A stretch of DNA of 64,000 bases from Octopus vulgaris (lineage: Eukaryota), in NCBI GenBank assembly GCA_951406725.2, contig OX597814.1, positions 33,480,001-33,544,000 of the forward strand, written 5' to 3'. Every line of letters begins with the position of its first letter. The first letter of the stretch is position 1. Below, piece after piece: positions 13,960-27,659 of this stretch. A model generated the notes under the pieces. That model was not told the DNA's origin. It was given only the letters and a program-made list of their open reading frames with translations, and did no database searches. Made by a program: the position numbers and the translations under genes.

Positions 13960-14362
13960 TTTACTCTTTTACTTGTTTCAGTCATTTGACTGCGGCCATG
14001 CTGGAGCACTGCCTTTAATCGAGCAACTCGACCCCGTAACTTATTCTTTTGTAAGCCCAGTACTTATTCTATCGGTCTCTTTTGCCGAACCGCTAAGTGA
14101 CGGGGACATAAACACACCAGCATCGGTTGTCAAGCAATGCTAGGGGGACAAACACAGACACACAAACATATACACACACACACTTATATATATACATATA
14201 TACGACGGGCTTCTTTCAGTTTCCGTCTACCAAATCCACTCACAAGGCTTTGGTCGGCCCGAGGCTATAGTAGAAGACACTTGCCCAAGGTGCCACGCAG
14301 TGGGACTGAACCCGGAACCATGTGGTTGGTAAACAAGCTACTTACCACAGAGCCACTCCTGC
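13960..14362 (-). mobile_element. SINE family A, full length
   Basis: Reverse complement of the 6270-6675 pattern. Confidence 0.92.
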
Positions 14363-14379
14363 GTAACTTTTAGAAGAAA

Positions 14380-14560
14380 AAAAAACGAAGAATAAACACA
14401 ACAAAAAACAACAACGTGGGGGCGTGGTACATGCAAAGTATTAGCAGACGCTCAGAAAAGGAAAGAAAGGTGGCTTTACGTTTCGAGCAAAGCTCGTATT
14501 CAGAAACACAGGAAAGTCCAAGAGAAAAGGAATACAGAGAAAAAACATCGCCGATAGACG
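14380..14560 (-). mobile_element. PLE-type 3' end with decayed minimal HHR
   Basis: Reverse complement of 14475-14506: ttt CTGAATAC GAGC ttt GCTC GAAACGTA aa; similar to 33325-33460. Confidence 0.6.
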
Positions 14561-14752
14561 CAAACTATTACTTTTATAGGTGAAAGCAATGTGACATTTG
14601 TATTGACTGTGATTTTTTTCATCACTAAATCTCGGAGCTGGAACAGATCTGCAAATGCGGCTCATAGAGATAATATTTGAAAATGAAGGTATCATTGAGC
14701 AGCTGATATCGATAAGCGAGTAATTATAAATATAATAAGTACGTACAGACCA

Positions 14753-14844
<92 letters not shown>

Positions 14845-15035
14845 AGAGAGAGAGAGAGAAGCAGCAGAGAGGCGAACAGACAGAGAGATAGGTAGACAGA
14901 CAGACAGGCAGACAGATAGAGACAGACAGACACACACACATACACACACACACCGACTGATAGATACATGAATACATACATACACAGACAGATAGACAGG
15001 CGAGCAACCAGGCAGACAGACAAACAGACAGAAAT

Positions 15036-15180
<145 letters not shown>

Positions 15181-15690
15181 GGAGAGAGAGAGAAACAGAC
15201 AGAAATAGATAAAAAATATATAATTATAAAATATACAAATAAAAAAATAACTAACAACCAAAACATATATTTTATATTTTGTCATTTATTTTATTGCTAA
15301 ATTTACAAGTACCCAAAACTCTCACTGTTATTTCCTGTCAAATACTGTGATGTGTTTAACAAAAGGAACTTAAACCGCGTTTATAAATCAATTCTCGGCA
15401 TGAACAACCCTATAAGGAAAGAAGAAAACCAGTATGAGGTTGGAAATTCGATTTTACTTTTGAACAGATACAATTTAAGGAGCAATGTCTGTTGCACTTT
15501 AACAATTGCAGTTATTGATATAAGAAGGTTTAGATGTACGCACTAATTCGTATATTTAAATACACACACACATATATATACATGTGTGAGTGTGTGAGTG
15601 TATGTATGCATATATATATGTGTGTGTATGTATATACACCTATATATATATTTATATATATATGTATATATATACATACATACACACACA

Positions 15691-15734
<44 letters not shown>

Positions 15735-15735
<1 letters not shown>

Positions 15736-16125
15736 CTCTTTTACTTGTTTCAGTCATTTGACTGCGGCCATGCTGGAGCACCGCCTTTAGTCGAGCAAAT
15801 CGACCCCGAGACTTAATCTTAGTAAGCCCAGTACTTATTCTATCGGTCTCTTCTTGCCGAACCGCTAAGTTACAGGGACGTAAACACACCAGCATCGGTT
15901 GTCAAGCAACGCTAGGGGGACAAACACAGACACACAAACACACACATGCATATATATACATATACACGACAGGCTTCTTTCAGTTTCCGTCTACCAAATC
16001 CACTCACAAGGTATTGGTCGGCCCGGGGCTATAGCAGAAGACACTTGCCCAAGATGCCACGCAGTGGGACTGAACCCGGAACCATGTGGTTGGTTAGCAA
16101 GCTACTTACCACATAGCCACTCCTG
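15735..16125 (-). mobile_element. SINE family A, full length
   Basis: Near-identical to the other family A copies. Confidence 0.92.
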
Positions 16126-16603
16126 TATGTATATATATATATATATATACATAAATGCACGCAATTATATAGATAGATATATAGATAATTAGAGAGGGGG
16201 GTGAAAAAGAGAAAGAGAGAAAGATACACAGAGAGGCTGACTGACAGTCAGCAAAATAAGCAGAAAGACAGATAAATAGATATTGTTAGTAACAAACAAG
16301 AGAAAAAGTACTCAATATACGATACAGTTTATGAATTACATTTATTCAGCTGAACCACCAACAAGTTCTTAGATTTTGTGTTTATTTATTTGTTCAGACA
16401 GCACCTTGATTTAGTCTATGTTCTTTTGTCCAATATATTGTAAGTGTCCTACTATTGCTCTGACTAAGGATGTTGGGAGTCAAAACCCCTTTATTAAACA
16501 TTTTTCATACAGGGAAGCATCACACCTTGGAGTCGGATATCATGTAGATAAAATTACCAAAATTTGCAAACATTCCAAAAAGTATTTAGTAGGAATAAAT
16601 ATA

Positions 16604-16828
16604 TTGGGTTGTCCGGAAAGTTCGTGCCGATTTTTGAAGGAAAGAAAGAGGTCAATAAATACTTGCCATTACATTTTTAATCAACCAAATATGAACCATT
16701 TTGTTGCACAATGCGTCTCCATCTTTCCTTTAACTTGAAAATACTCTCTTCCCAGAATTGAGGTGACTGGGAGGGTAAGTCGAAAGGTAATCTACTATAA
16801 ATCGCCACGAACTTGCCGGACAACCCAA
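16604..16828. mobile_element. Internally deleted mariner (MITE)
   Basis: TIRs ttgggttgtccggaaagttcgtg / cacgaacttgccggacaacccaa; 225 bp; TA on the left. Confidence 0.85.
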
Positions 16829-16852
16829 GAGTTAGCAGAAATATACATTAGG

Positions 16853-17215
16853 CATAGGCTGTATGGTAAGGTGTTCGCTTCCTGATAACATGATTCTGGA
16901 TTCAAGCCCCATTACGTGGCTCCCTGGGTAAGTGGGGTTTTTTTCTACTACAGCCACAGGCAAGCCAAAGATTGTGAGTTGATTTGGGAGACTGCAACTG
17001 AGTATGCATGTGTATTTGTCATTGTGCTTGACTTTGTCACCCACCACCGCTTGATACTGTTGGTTTGTTAATGTCCCCGTATCTTAACGGTTCGGCAAAA
17101 ATGACAGAAAATATACCAGGCTTTAAAAAGTAAATGCTGGAGTTGATTGGCTCGACTAAAACCCTTCAAGGCGGTTCTCAAGTATTGCCATAATCCAGCG
17201 ATTGAAACAATGACA
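16853..17215 (+). mobile_element. Old degenerate SINE family A copy
   Basis: ggcataggctgtatggtaag head; aaacccttcaaggcggttctcaagtattgcc tail. Confidence 0.7.
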
Positions 17216-17849
17216 TCTAAAAAATAAGGATATCATTTGTTTCAAATTTATTTTGCTCAGAGGTGACATTTTATCCGGGGTGTGGTTATGGCTTGTCGAA
17301 ATATTATTTTTGATAATTTCTGTTAATTTTGTTAATATTGTGTACAAGATTTTCGACAGTAGGCCCAACGATATTGCCTACTTTGAATGAAAATTGTTTC
17401 ATTTCAGTGGAAGCTTTACTAGACTTTGCAAGAGTATCACCTTGTCTGTTTCAATCAATAAAATATTGAGGTCATTTCTGTATCATGGATGAAGGACTAC
17501 TTATATGACTTAAACAGCCGCCTGAACGAGAATGTAACCGCAAAAATTAAGTAACAGATGAACAAATGCTTCGGGTGAAAGAATATATAATCTATATTAT
17601 AATTATTCTTTCTATTTCTCTCCTCTTTTCGTCTTACTTTTTCTCGCTCCTCTATGTCACTCCTCACTTTTATTATTTCAATCTCATTTTTATTTTTATG
17701 TCTTTTCATGACTTTAATACCCATCCAATGACCTATCTTCCTCCACTTTCTTTTCTTCTACTGTGGTGGAGTTGTATTTTTATGTAAAAGGAGAGTATCC
17801 TAGATTTCTAGAACAACTACACTCTAGAGATGGGTTAGGTGGCATCGCA

Positions 17850-19130
17850 GTGAGTGTTTAAATTTCATATTTCTTTGCTAACAGATTAATACAAATACAT
17901 GTAGACGCAATGCACACTGCAACAACCATCAGTCACTGAATCCAAGAAACCCCTAGCTTTCTTCTCTTTTCCCCGCGATTTTCGCGGATGATTTCCTAGC
18001 GCATCTATCTCTAAAGAACTACTAAGAACAATCATCTAACTTTCTGCATATTTATATACTTATTTGTAAGACGTATTTATAAACACGTTGATGCCATTAA
18101 CAACCACCTGCCCATCAATTTTATCTTCATATATATATTTCACATATATATTTATATCTGTGTACGTGTGTGTATATATCTGCGTATGCACTAAATAAAT
18201 TAAGTCATATAATACGAATATGTATGAAACAATCTCTTTTTCCTCACTTCCCTTAATAAATTGTCTATACAGCTAATATTTTGACATAAAATAGGTTATA
18301 GATAGTTAAAATTTGAAATTACAGAACATTATATATTGTCCGGACTTCGTGCTGTCGTTAAAATTGTCGCATTGCCATAAAATCTTCTTTGTTTGGAAAA
18401 CCTCCTTAAGAAGATAATTCCTTAACAATCGTTCCTTGAAAATATGATTCTGCCAGTGCACAACATCCTACCGCGGTAGGCAAGAAGAATTCTGTCGAAA
18501 TTTCATTTTACATGCTCTGTTGTTAATACTATAGCAATTTTTATGGAATTTCTCTTCTTCCTCCACTTTTATTTTCCTGTTTTTCATCTTGGCTCCTACA
18601 AGATAAACTATATATGAAGTTAAAATATTTGGCGCCTCTTCTAAACTTACTGTTTATACAAGTTAAATAAATAAAGCCATAGAGTATGTTTATGTGTTAA
18701 TTTATTTCATTCACTTTCTATGATAAATGGTTGACATAGCTCATATGATATTTCACCATAAAATGTACCAATTTATTAATGGAAATTAAAATTATTTACA
18801 TAAGATATTTTCTATGCTTCGTCCTGTGGTTAAATTTGTCCCATCCCCAGTTATCCTTCATCATTTGGAGAATTTTACAAGAATCCCTAACATGTCTTCC
18901 TTACTAAAATTATATTGGTAGTTTACGGCTTCCTCTTCTAGTAGAGAGAAAGAATCCCTTTGAAAGCTCATTCTAAATAAGGAAGAAATCTCACTCTTCA
19001 TGCCCGCATACATAATTTTTTCTTTTCAAATACACAGAAATATTTTTGATTTTAAAGAATAGGGTAGATTTTTTAGTACAGTGAGATAGATTAAAAATCT
19101 AAGTATCCCTCACTGTTCATCGTATGGTTT
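17850..19130 (-). pseudogene. Heavily decayed non-repetitive segment, possibly an L1/Tx1-like ORF2 remnant
   Basis: Minus strand near 18830-18900 reads PNDEG*LGMGQI, resembling the post-RT GGLG motif; many stops. Confidence 0.25.
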
Positions 19131-19291
19131 AGAGGGAGATATTTCAGAGAAAGATGAGATGGGAGTGAAGTGATGGGAGTGGGGATACAATTTGGAATTG
19201 GTTTTTCTTCCTCGTAACTTTTTTGTTAATATTCTTCTTGTTTTGAGTTAACCGCAGGAGATATTTCAAACAAAAAACAATTACATCAGAA

Positions 19292-19407
<116 letters not shown>

Positions 19408-19752
19408 TAATAATAATAATCATATTGATTATATCTAACATAATATCAATAATAATAATAGTAGTAGTAGTAATAAATGCTTCTAAACATTTTTCATCAG
19501 AGCATTAGTCTAGTTTCAACTGAAAATAATTGCATAGCTCAAAGCTGTTTTCATTTAAATAAATAAATAAATAAAAGATAATAAAGAAAAAAGGTTAGAA
19601 ATTGCATTAATATACGTGAGTCTCTGAGTGTCTATATAAATATATATTTGGGTGTATTATACACATTTCTTTAAACATATATTCATTTGTGTGTACGCGA
19701 ATGTATCTATGTGGAGACAGATAGAGAAAGATAGGCAGACACACAGACAGAG

Positions 19753-19819
<67 letters not shown>

Positions 19820-19858
19820 CAGACAGGCAGACAGACAGACAGACAGACAGACAGACAT

Positions 19859-19911
<53 letters not shown>

Positions 19912-20275
19912 CATAGATAGACAGGCAGACAGACAGACAGACAGATAGATAGACAGACAGACAGACATATATATAAAAAAAATCCATAAAAATACATAAA
20001 CTCAAAAAAATGAAGAGATCTAATTTCTGCTGAATTTTCGAAAACCCACATAAATAAATAAATAAATAAAAACAGAGAACAACAACAACAATAGCAACAA
20101 GTATCAAGGAAGAATGAGAATAAACCCACTGGAATAGTTGATTCGTTATTCTTTTTCGCTTTTATTGTTTACTTAGGTTTCTATAGAGAGGGATTCATAT
20201 TTTATTTTTGCTGTGCGCTATTTCAGCTCTATATCTTATATATACATATGCGTGCGCGTCTTCGTGTGTGTGTGC

Positions 20276-20346
<71 letters not shown>

Positions 20347-20947
20347 TGTGTGAATTTCCCCATTCCACCTTTAACATTCAAAGAAACTTCACAAAACATG
20401 CCATTACTTCTATTTTCTGTTAATCTTTTGAAGCTTTTATCAAAAAATATATAGTTATGGTTGAAGGGGGAATGTTGGATTTTATTTGTTTTCTTTTTCA
20501 TTCGTTTTGCATTTTGTGGAGATTTAAAAAAAAATTTTTGGTTGGCTTCAAATTATTTATGGTTGGTTTACGGTTAGTTTAAGGTTTGTTTAGGAATAGT
20601 TTGATGTTGGTTTGGTTGGTTAGAATTAGTTGAGGTTGGCTTGGTCTTAGTTTAGGGCTGGTTCGACTTAGTTTAGCCTGGGTTTATGTAGAATTGGTTG
20701 AAGGTTGATTTGCTGATACCCAAGGTTGATTATGATTTTACTTAGATTGGTTTGGAATTAGTTTGGAGCTGGTTCGGAGATGGTTTGGAGGTGGTTTTGA
20801 ATTTGCTTGGAGATTTAGAGGTGGTGCTTCGAGGTGGTTTGGAGAAGGTTTGGAGGTAGTTTGAAGATGGTTTGAGGTTAGTTTAAGGATTGTTTAGGAA
20901 CCGTTTAATAGTTGTTTAGGTGTTGTTTTTAGGTAATCGGGAATTAG

Positions 20948-21458
20948 AGTTCTATATTTAAGAGATGAGGAATGATGTACATTGTTTACATTGCTTACAT
21001 TTGACGGATATTTGTCCTTATCTTGTTGGTTATTAACACAATGTTTCGGCTGATATATAATAGATAGAGAGCATAACTGGAAAATACGAAAACTAAAAGA
21101 AGCATCACATATGTTAGGACACAAAAACCTCTTAAGCAGACTGAGTGCAGATATATGTAGCATATGGGATCCAGCATTAAGGAAGGATAGGAAAATATTA
21201 GGTTTATAAGCTCTAAAATTCACTCCATAGTCGCCTACGGGCATATGGCATAGTGGTTAAGATCGCGGGCTACTAACCCCAAGATTCCGAGTTCGATTCC
21301 AAGCAGTGACCTGAATAATAATAATAACATCGAAAAATACTTCAGGAATGAGAACCCAGGTTCGAAATTTCCCCAAGACACCTGATGAAGGCTGGAGGGT
21401 GTATCCGCCGAAACGTTGTGTTAACAACAAACAAGATGGGGACAAATATCCGTCAAAT
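20948..21458 (+). mobile_element. tRNA-module plus HHR element preceded by an inverted copy of its 3' end
   Basis: tRNA-like 21239-21312; HHR 21377-21422; 20948-21056 is the reverse complement of the element tail; second copy at 41921-42262. Confidence 0.85.
21377..21422 (+). ncRNA. Minimal type I hammerhead ribozyme (PLE type)
   Basis: gacac CTGATGA a GGC...GCC GAAA CG TT gtgtt; loopless palindromic stem III (ACGT). Confidence 0.85.
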
Positions 21459-22504
21459 CTGGAGTTAGTTTGGTATTTGTTTGGGATTGATTCAGGGCTG
21501 ATTTCTTTCTGTCTCTTAGTCAAGAGAGAAGGCAATACCTATGATTCTATGTTAAGCCTCCGAAACAGGTGGGAGAAAGTTCAGGGAAGAAAGTATACTC
21601 AAAAGCCTGATCCGAAGACTTGCAACAGATGGGACTCTACGAAAAGTACCCATGATGCCTGGTGGTGATATATTTTATCTTTTACTTGTTTCAGTCTCCT
21701 GACTGCAGCTATGCTGCGGCACCACCTTCAAATGTTTTACTCGAACGAATCGACTCCAAGATTTTTTTAAGGCCTGGTACTAATTCTCTCGGTTCTTTTA
21801 CCGAACCGCTAAGTTACAGCTGTCAGGTGATGTTCGGGGTTAGTTTGGGTTGGTTTGTATTTGGTACCTGCATTGGTTTCAACATAGTGTGGTGTTGGTT
21901 TTGCAATGGTATAGGGCTGGCTTAGGTTAGCCTGTAGGTGTTTTGATGTTTGTCTTGGGTTGGTTAGGAATCGTTTTATAACCGGTTCAAGTTCCTTTTC
22001 CAGGTGGTCATACTCTTGTTTTATTTTTACTGTTTTTATCGTTCTTTCAATATATTTCTAAAATCTTTTTTTAAATATCTTGAGTTTCTTGGTTATTTAT
22101 TTTTCTTCTTTTAAAATCTCTCCCAGTGTTGTTTTTCTTACCGTGCCATTTCCTTCTTCTTCTCTCTTTTTTTCTTGTTCTCCTTTTCGTTTAAATATTC
22201 TTTTTTCAAATCTTCCACATTGCCTGCTAAACTTTTATTTAATATTTTTCTTCATTTCTTTTCTGTTAATTTTTTTTTTCTTTTTGATCTCTAAGTATAC
22301 ATGTGTGTGAATGCATGATGTTTTTTATATTCATTTACTTATTTTAGATTAGATGCTGACATGACACCAAAACAGGGAGATTATATTTTCTTTATATTCG
22401 CTTTTTTAGTGTGGAGGCGCATGGCTTAGTACTTAGGATTTTGCACTCATTATTGTTCGATTGTGGTTTCGATTCTTGGACTGAGTAATGCGTTATGTTC
22501 TTAA

Positions 22505-24674
22505 CCCTTCGTTAGTCACACGGGATGTGTGGCCACACCAAATTATATAAATACTCTGAATTTTTCTCCCTTCCTCTACTCTTCTGACTCAGTGAGGGTG
22601 TGTTGCAAGTGGTGTGACGCAGTCGTTGCTCAGTTGTCGTGGGAGGTAGACGTCGTTTTTGTCTAGTCACCCCATGTGACTAACGCAGGTACGAGGGGCG
22701 TTCTATAAGTAATGCCCCTGACCCACTTCCCATAGCAGTAGAGCAACGAAATTTAGCACAGTTATTAGTCGTCTTTTTCTACATAGGAACCACCCAGAGT
22801 TACGCATTTCTCCCATCGTTTGATGCAGCTCTGGAGACCGTTTTTGTAGAAGACCCCAGCTTGGTCCTCCAACCACGACGTGACTTCAGAAATCAAGGCT
22901 GCATCATCTGGGAAACGCTTTCCTTTCAAAAACAACTTCATGGCTGGGAAGAGGTGAAATCAGAGAGTGCAAGGTCAGGAGAGTAGGGGGATGGGGGAGG
23001 AGTTCATAGCCACACGCCTGTGCTTCTGATCTGGCGACACGCGAGTTGTGGACCGGAGCGTTGTCCTGCAGGAGGAGGATGCCTTTTCTGATCTTGCCCC
23101 GCCTCTTGATTTTGATAGCTTCTCTTAATTTCCTCAAAAGTGAAGCATAATAGACTCCTATAATTGTGGTACCCTTTGCCAGGAAATCTGTCATCACTAC
23201 TCCGTCCTGGTCCCAGAAGACTGTGAGCATGACCTTGTCAGCGGAGAGCTACACCCTTGCCTTCTTTGGAGGAGATGAGTCACGGTGCTTCCACTGCATT
23301 GACTGGGCTTTGGTCTCTGGATCATAGTGATGGACCCAGGTTTTGACTCATCTTCTTGGCACATCTCCAAATTCATTCTCGAGCACTTGACGCGTTCTTG
23401 CTTCTGGAAAGGTGTGAGCAACCTGGGAATCCATCTGGCAGACACCTTTTGCATATGCAAGTGGTCATGAATGATAGTTTCCACAGACCCGGTACTAATC
23501 TTGACCTGATGGGCTATTTGGCGAATTGTTATGCGTCGATCTTCCAAAATGGCAGCTTCAACTCGACGGACAGATGCCTCATCAATGGCAGAAGGGGGTG
23601 ACCAGATCTGGGAGCTGTTTCCACAGAGTTCCGACCATGTTTGAATTCACGATGCCAGCGTTTTACAAGGTCATATGATGGGGCATCATCACCATAAGTT
23701 ACTTTCATTTCATCAAAAGTCTCCCGTGGTGTGCGTCCTTTCAAATACAAAAACCGGATCACTGCTCGACACTCAACAGGCTCCATTTCACACTTGACTC
23801 AGTTCAAACACCTGTAAATCAGAAACCACAATCAGTTCAGAGCTGTAATTTGCCGCTTAATCGATGGAGATATAAATAATTGCACATGCAAAATTTCAGC
23901 TAGATCAAACAACTGCAAGTGGGTCAGGGGATTACTTATTGAACGTCCCTCGTATGTGTTCATGATTTATAATTAATAATTTAATAATGATATCTTTAGT
24001 TCAAGTTTTAATTTAATGCATATTGCCTCTTATGTAATTTTTTAAATATTATTACACATCACAGATATTTTTTTTAATTCCACAAAATGGAGTATTCTGT
24101 GAGTATTTTCGAAATAAATGTGATTTGAATCTAAGATTTTTTTAGTTTTTTCCATAATTTTATAATTCATTTTATTATAAAGAATAAAAAGATTGAGACA
24201 TGGCCAACCTCACACACTTCTCATGAGGAATTTCGGAAGTAGCATCGTGAGACCACAGCTGAGACGCTTCCTAAAATAAAAAAGAAAAGCCGTTAGAAAG
24301 CCGATTATAGCAGCGACTCCATCTAAGAATATATGAAGAAGGCATATTATGGATGACTAAATTACAACAGGTAAATAGCCCACTGTCTATATTATAGTGC
24401 ATTCTTGTACCATTCAAAACTTTTTATTCTTTACAAACAATACACAATGCTTCAAGCGAACTACAATACTCTATTATTTTATTGTATTGTTTTATATTAA
24501 TATCAATCAGCTACAAGGATTTCAAACTTCTCAGCAATGATTGCAGATAAATCCTGAACCAACAGAATGAGTATATTTTACATAATACTAAAACTACAGA
24601 CATTTTTATATTGGGGTGTGTAAGGACTCCTTGTGACTAACCATGTTCGGAAAGGTTAAGTGACAAACGAAGGG
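22505..24674. mobile_element. Non-autonomous piggyBac element
   Basis: TTAA target sites at 22501-22504 and 24675-24678; TIRs cccttcgttagtcac / gtgacaaacgaaggg. Confidence 0.85.
22692..23952 (-). mobile_element. Full-length mariner with frameshifted transposase (start 23786)
   Basis: TIRs cgaggggcgttctataagtaat / attacttattgaacgtccctcg; TA target duplication; MEPVECRAVIRFL, WIPRLL, LLQDNAP, LPHPP; first catalytic D region appears deleted. Confidence 0.93.
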
Positions 24675-25009
24675 TTAAGTAAAACCATTCCCTACATGTT
24701 GTTCCAATTGACACATGAAACAAAATGACTAAACCTGCGACCGACCAGCGTCCTGTCCGGGGTGAGGAATATACAGGTCACAGAATCCAGGAAACCACTC
24801 TAATGATCTTATGGCTCGGGAAGGACCTATGATATTTTTTTTTAATGTGTTGTTACAGCTGTTGTTCTTCTTGTTATTGCTAGTACTGTTGCTATTATTG
24901 CTACAGGCGTTACTATCATCATTGCCATTGACGTGGTCATTGTTTTTATTGCTGCTGCTGTTGTTTTCTTCTTCTTCCAATCAGGACTCATGCCATTAAC
25001 CATAAAGAA

Positions 25010-25458
25010 TAATCTGTAATTCGAGCCTACTCTAAGCTACTAAGAATACGTGCGGCAACTTGAAGATCCACCCACCACACGTGATAGACTGGCGGTTGCA
25101 CGGGCTCGAAAGCTACGTTATTATCCTCATTCCGTAAACGATGGATTATTTAACGGGTGGAGAGCTGAACCATCCTGGGGTACAGAGGATTCGCAATCTA
25201 GACTAGGGTCTGAAAGTTTACCACACGATAGTGGGTTACACCATGGTTCCACTGCTTTGTGGAAGAAGTAGGAAGAAAGAGTGAGAGAAAGTTGTGGTGA
25301 AAGAGTACAGCGAGGATTATCATCCTTCCCTGCCGGAGGCTCGTGGAGCTTAGATGTTTTCGCTCAATAAACACTCACAATGCCCGGTCTGGGAATCGAA
25401 ACCGCGTTCTTACGATCGCGAGTCCGCTGCCCTAACCACTGGGCCATTGCTCCTCCAC
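25010..25458 (-). mobile_element. SINE family B head joined to a different 3' half
   Basis: 25275-25458 matches 40460-40641; 25010-25270 does not match the family B tail. Confidence 0.65.
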
Positions 25459-26579
25459 TACTGTTGTTGTTGTTGTTGTTGTCGTCGTCGTCGTCGATAT
25501 CATTCCTCAAAGCTTTACTATTTTTAATGTCACTGTTGCTGTGTTGTTATTAAAGTTTTTGTTGCTGTTTAGACCCAGACCAGATCTGACAGAGACCTAT
25601 GATCGAAGGCATTCCAGCGATGACCATGCCGAATTTATTTTACAACGTATGGCATTATCTAATAGTTCCTTCTTTTTTTTCTTTTTTTTCAAAGGGAGAG
25701 AATTTAACTTATTTATAGCTAGTCGAGCAATCACGTAGAAGCTTCTGCGTTTGTTCGCTTACTGATGTTTTTGTGGTTATTAAATCCTAGATCAGCCCTG
25801 AATTAGCAAGATTCTGATTAAAGACATTTTACCTGTGGCTAACCTCCTTTTGCTTATGCGCGCCACATTACATAGAGTGTGAATTGAGAAAGATTTGGTT
25901 GCTATTTCTAGCAGTTTGAAGGACCAAACAGAATCTTGCTCATTGGCTCGTGTTCATAATTGTAGCTGAGACTGGGCAATGGATTGGCAAAATCGTAAAA
26001 GCGTCGAACAAAATGCTTTGCAGTTTTTAGTTACAGCTCAAAGTTCAAAATCCTCCCGGTAGCAACTTCGCCTTTCATCCTTTCAGACTCAATAAAATAA
26101 AGTACCAATGAAGTACTGAGATCGATGGCATCGACCAACTCACTTCCCCAAATCTCAGGTCTGGTTTCTATGTTATAAACGATTTTTGTTGCTGAGATTG
26201 ATAGAACCGTTAAAGTAACAAATACCTTTTCGTACCTAGTTAAATCCCTTTATATTCTAAGTTCTAATCCCACCAGAGTTTAGCTTGCTTTTCATTCTTC
26301 CGTGGTCGATAAAATAAGTTACCAGTCATATACGGGGATTCATAAAAATTACTGTTCTCTGACTCAATGTGTGAAACCTTTTGCCTTTATTGGAAACCAT
26401 CTTTGCAGTTGTTGTTTGGTATAAGCCAGTGAGTTGGCAAACTCGTTAGTGCGTCGAACCAAACGCTTAGTGACATTTCTTTTTTCTTCCAGCTCATTGC
26501 GTTCTGAGTTTTGTCCTTATTATTTATTCCATTTAAGAAATAGATGTTTCTAGTGATTTTGTGGATGAGGCTAAATCTA

Positions 26580-26968
26580 AGATACTTCTGGCTGGACCAT
26601 AATTTTAACAGCGAATTTTAAAAGTGACACCATAGACCAGAATATTTTAAACGATTATTTAGATGGACTTATAACTTTGAAGTTATATAATATACTAGTC
26701 CCTCAGTCGCATTAAAATAGAATCATGTTCTTCCATTAATGTATTTTTATCTTTCTACTGATGTCTTCGAATTGCTGTCTTTCTGTTACCATATCTATTT
26801 TGATAACTTTGTTGCCGGTCCTGTTCTTTTATACTTTTATACTTAGATTTGTATAACGTAGCTTTAGACAACATTTGGTCTAATTTCTCCCCTTTGTTTA
26901 AGGAGAGTTGACCTCTGCCTCGTATGTCACTCTTCTAGCTTTACTAATTTGAATTAGTGAACATGATT

Positions 26969-26970
<2 letters not shown>
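26580..26970 (-). pseudogene. Possible decayed PLE GIY-YIG endonuclease fragment
   Basis: Minus-strand fragments C...VTYEAEV, LKLRYTN and KIFWSMV resemble PLE endonuclease motifs. Confidence 0.3.
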
Positions 26971-27016
<46 letters not shown>

Positions 27017-27415
27017 TTCTCTTTTCTCTTTTACTAGTTTCAGTCATTTGACTGCGGCCATGCTGGAGCACCGCCTTTAGTCAAGCAAATCGACGCCGGG
27101 ACTTATTCTTTGTAAGCCCAGTACTTATTCTATCGGTCTCTTTCGCCGAACCGCTAAGTGACGGGGACCTAAACACACCAGCATCGGTTGTCAAGCAATG
27201 CTAGGGAGACAAACACAGACACACAAACATATGCACACACATACATATATATGTATACATATATACAACAGGCTTCTTTCAGTTTCCGTCTACCAAATCC
27301 ACTCACAAGGCATTGGTCGGCCCGAGGCTATAGCAGAAGACACTTGCCCAAGATGCCACGCAGTGGGACTGAACCCGGAACCTTGTGGTTGGTAAGCACT
27401 TACCACACAACCACT

Positions 27416-27418
<3 letters not shown>
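27017..27418 (-). mobile_element. SINE family A, full length
   Basis: Near-identical to the other copies. Confidence 0.92.
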
Positions 27419-27487
<69 letters not shown>

Positions 27488-27563
27488 TTAAGAGTAAGTA
27501 TTGATGGTTTATTTGGGGACCAAATGGGGTGCCCCAGCATGCAACATGTTTTAATCAATCAAT

Positions 27564-27602
<39 letters not shown>

Positions 27603-27659
27603 ATATATATATATATCTTAGATTTGGCAACATGTTTTAGATATTTTAGGGGCACAAAG

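Larger units (their letters stand above)
22410..24830 (+). mobile_element. V-domain-like tRNA SINE split by a piggyBac insertion
   Basis: Head gtggaggcgcatggcttagt..gtttcgattc at 22410-22500; sequence resumes at 24679 with ctgcgaccgaccagcgtcctgtccgggg. Confidence 0.6.

Noticed and set aside
16398-16445. Micro-exon candidate ttgttcag...gtaagt
   Set aside because: In frame with MRE it stops immediately; no supporting homology
20540-20930. GGTTT-rich tract as interstitial telomere
   Set aside because: No regular TTAGGG units; only degenerate low complexity
21239-21312. Functional tRNA gene
   Set aside because: Poor acceptor stem; embedded in a repeated element whose other copy lacks box B
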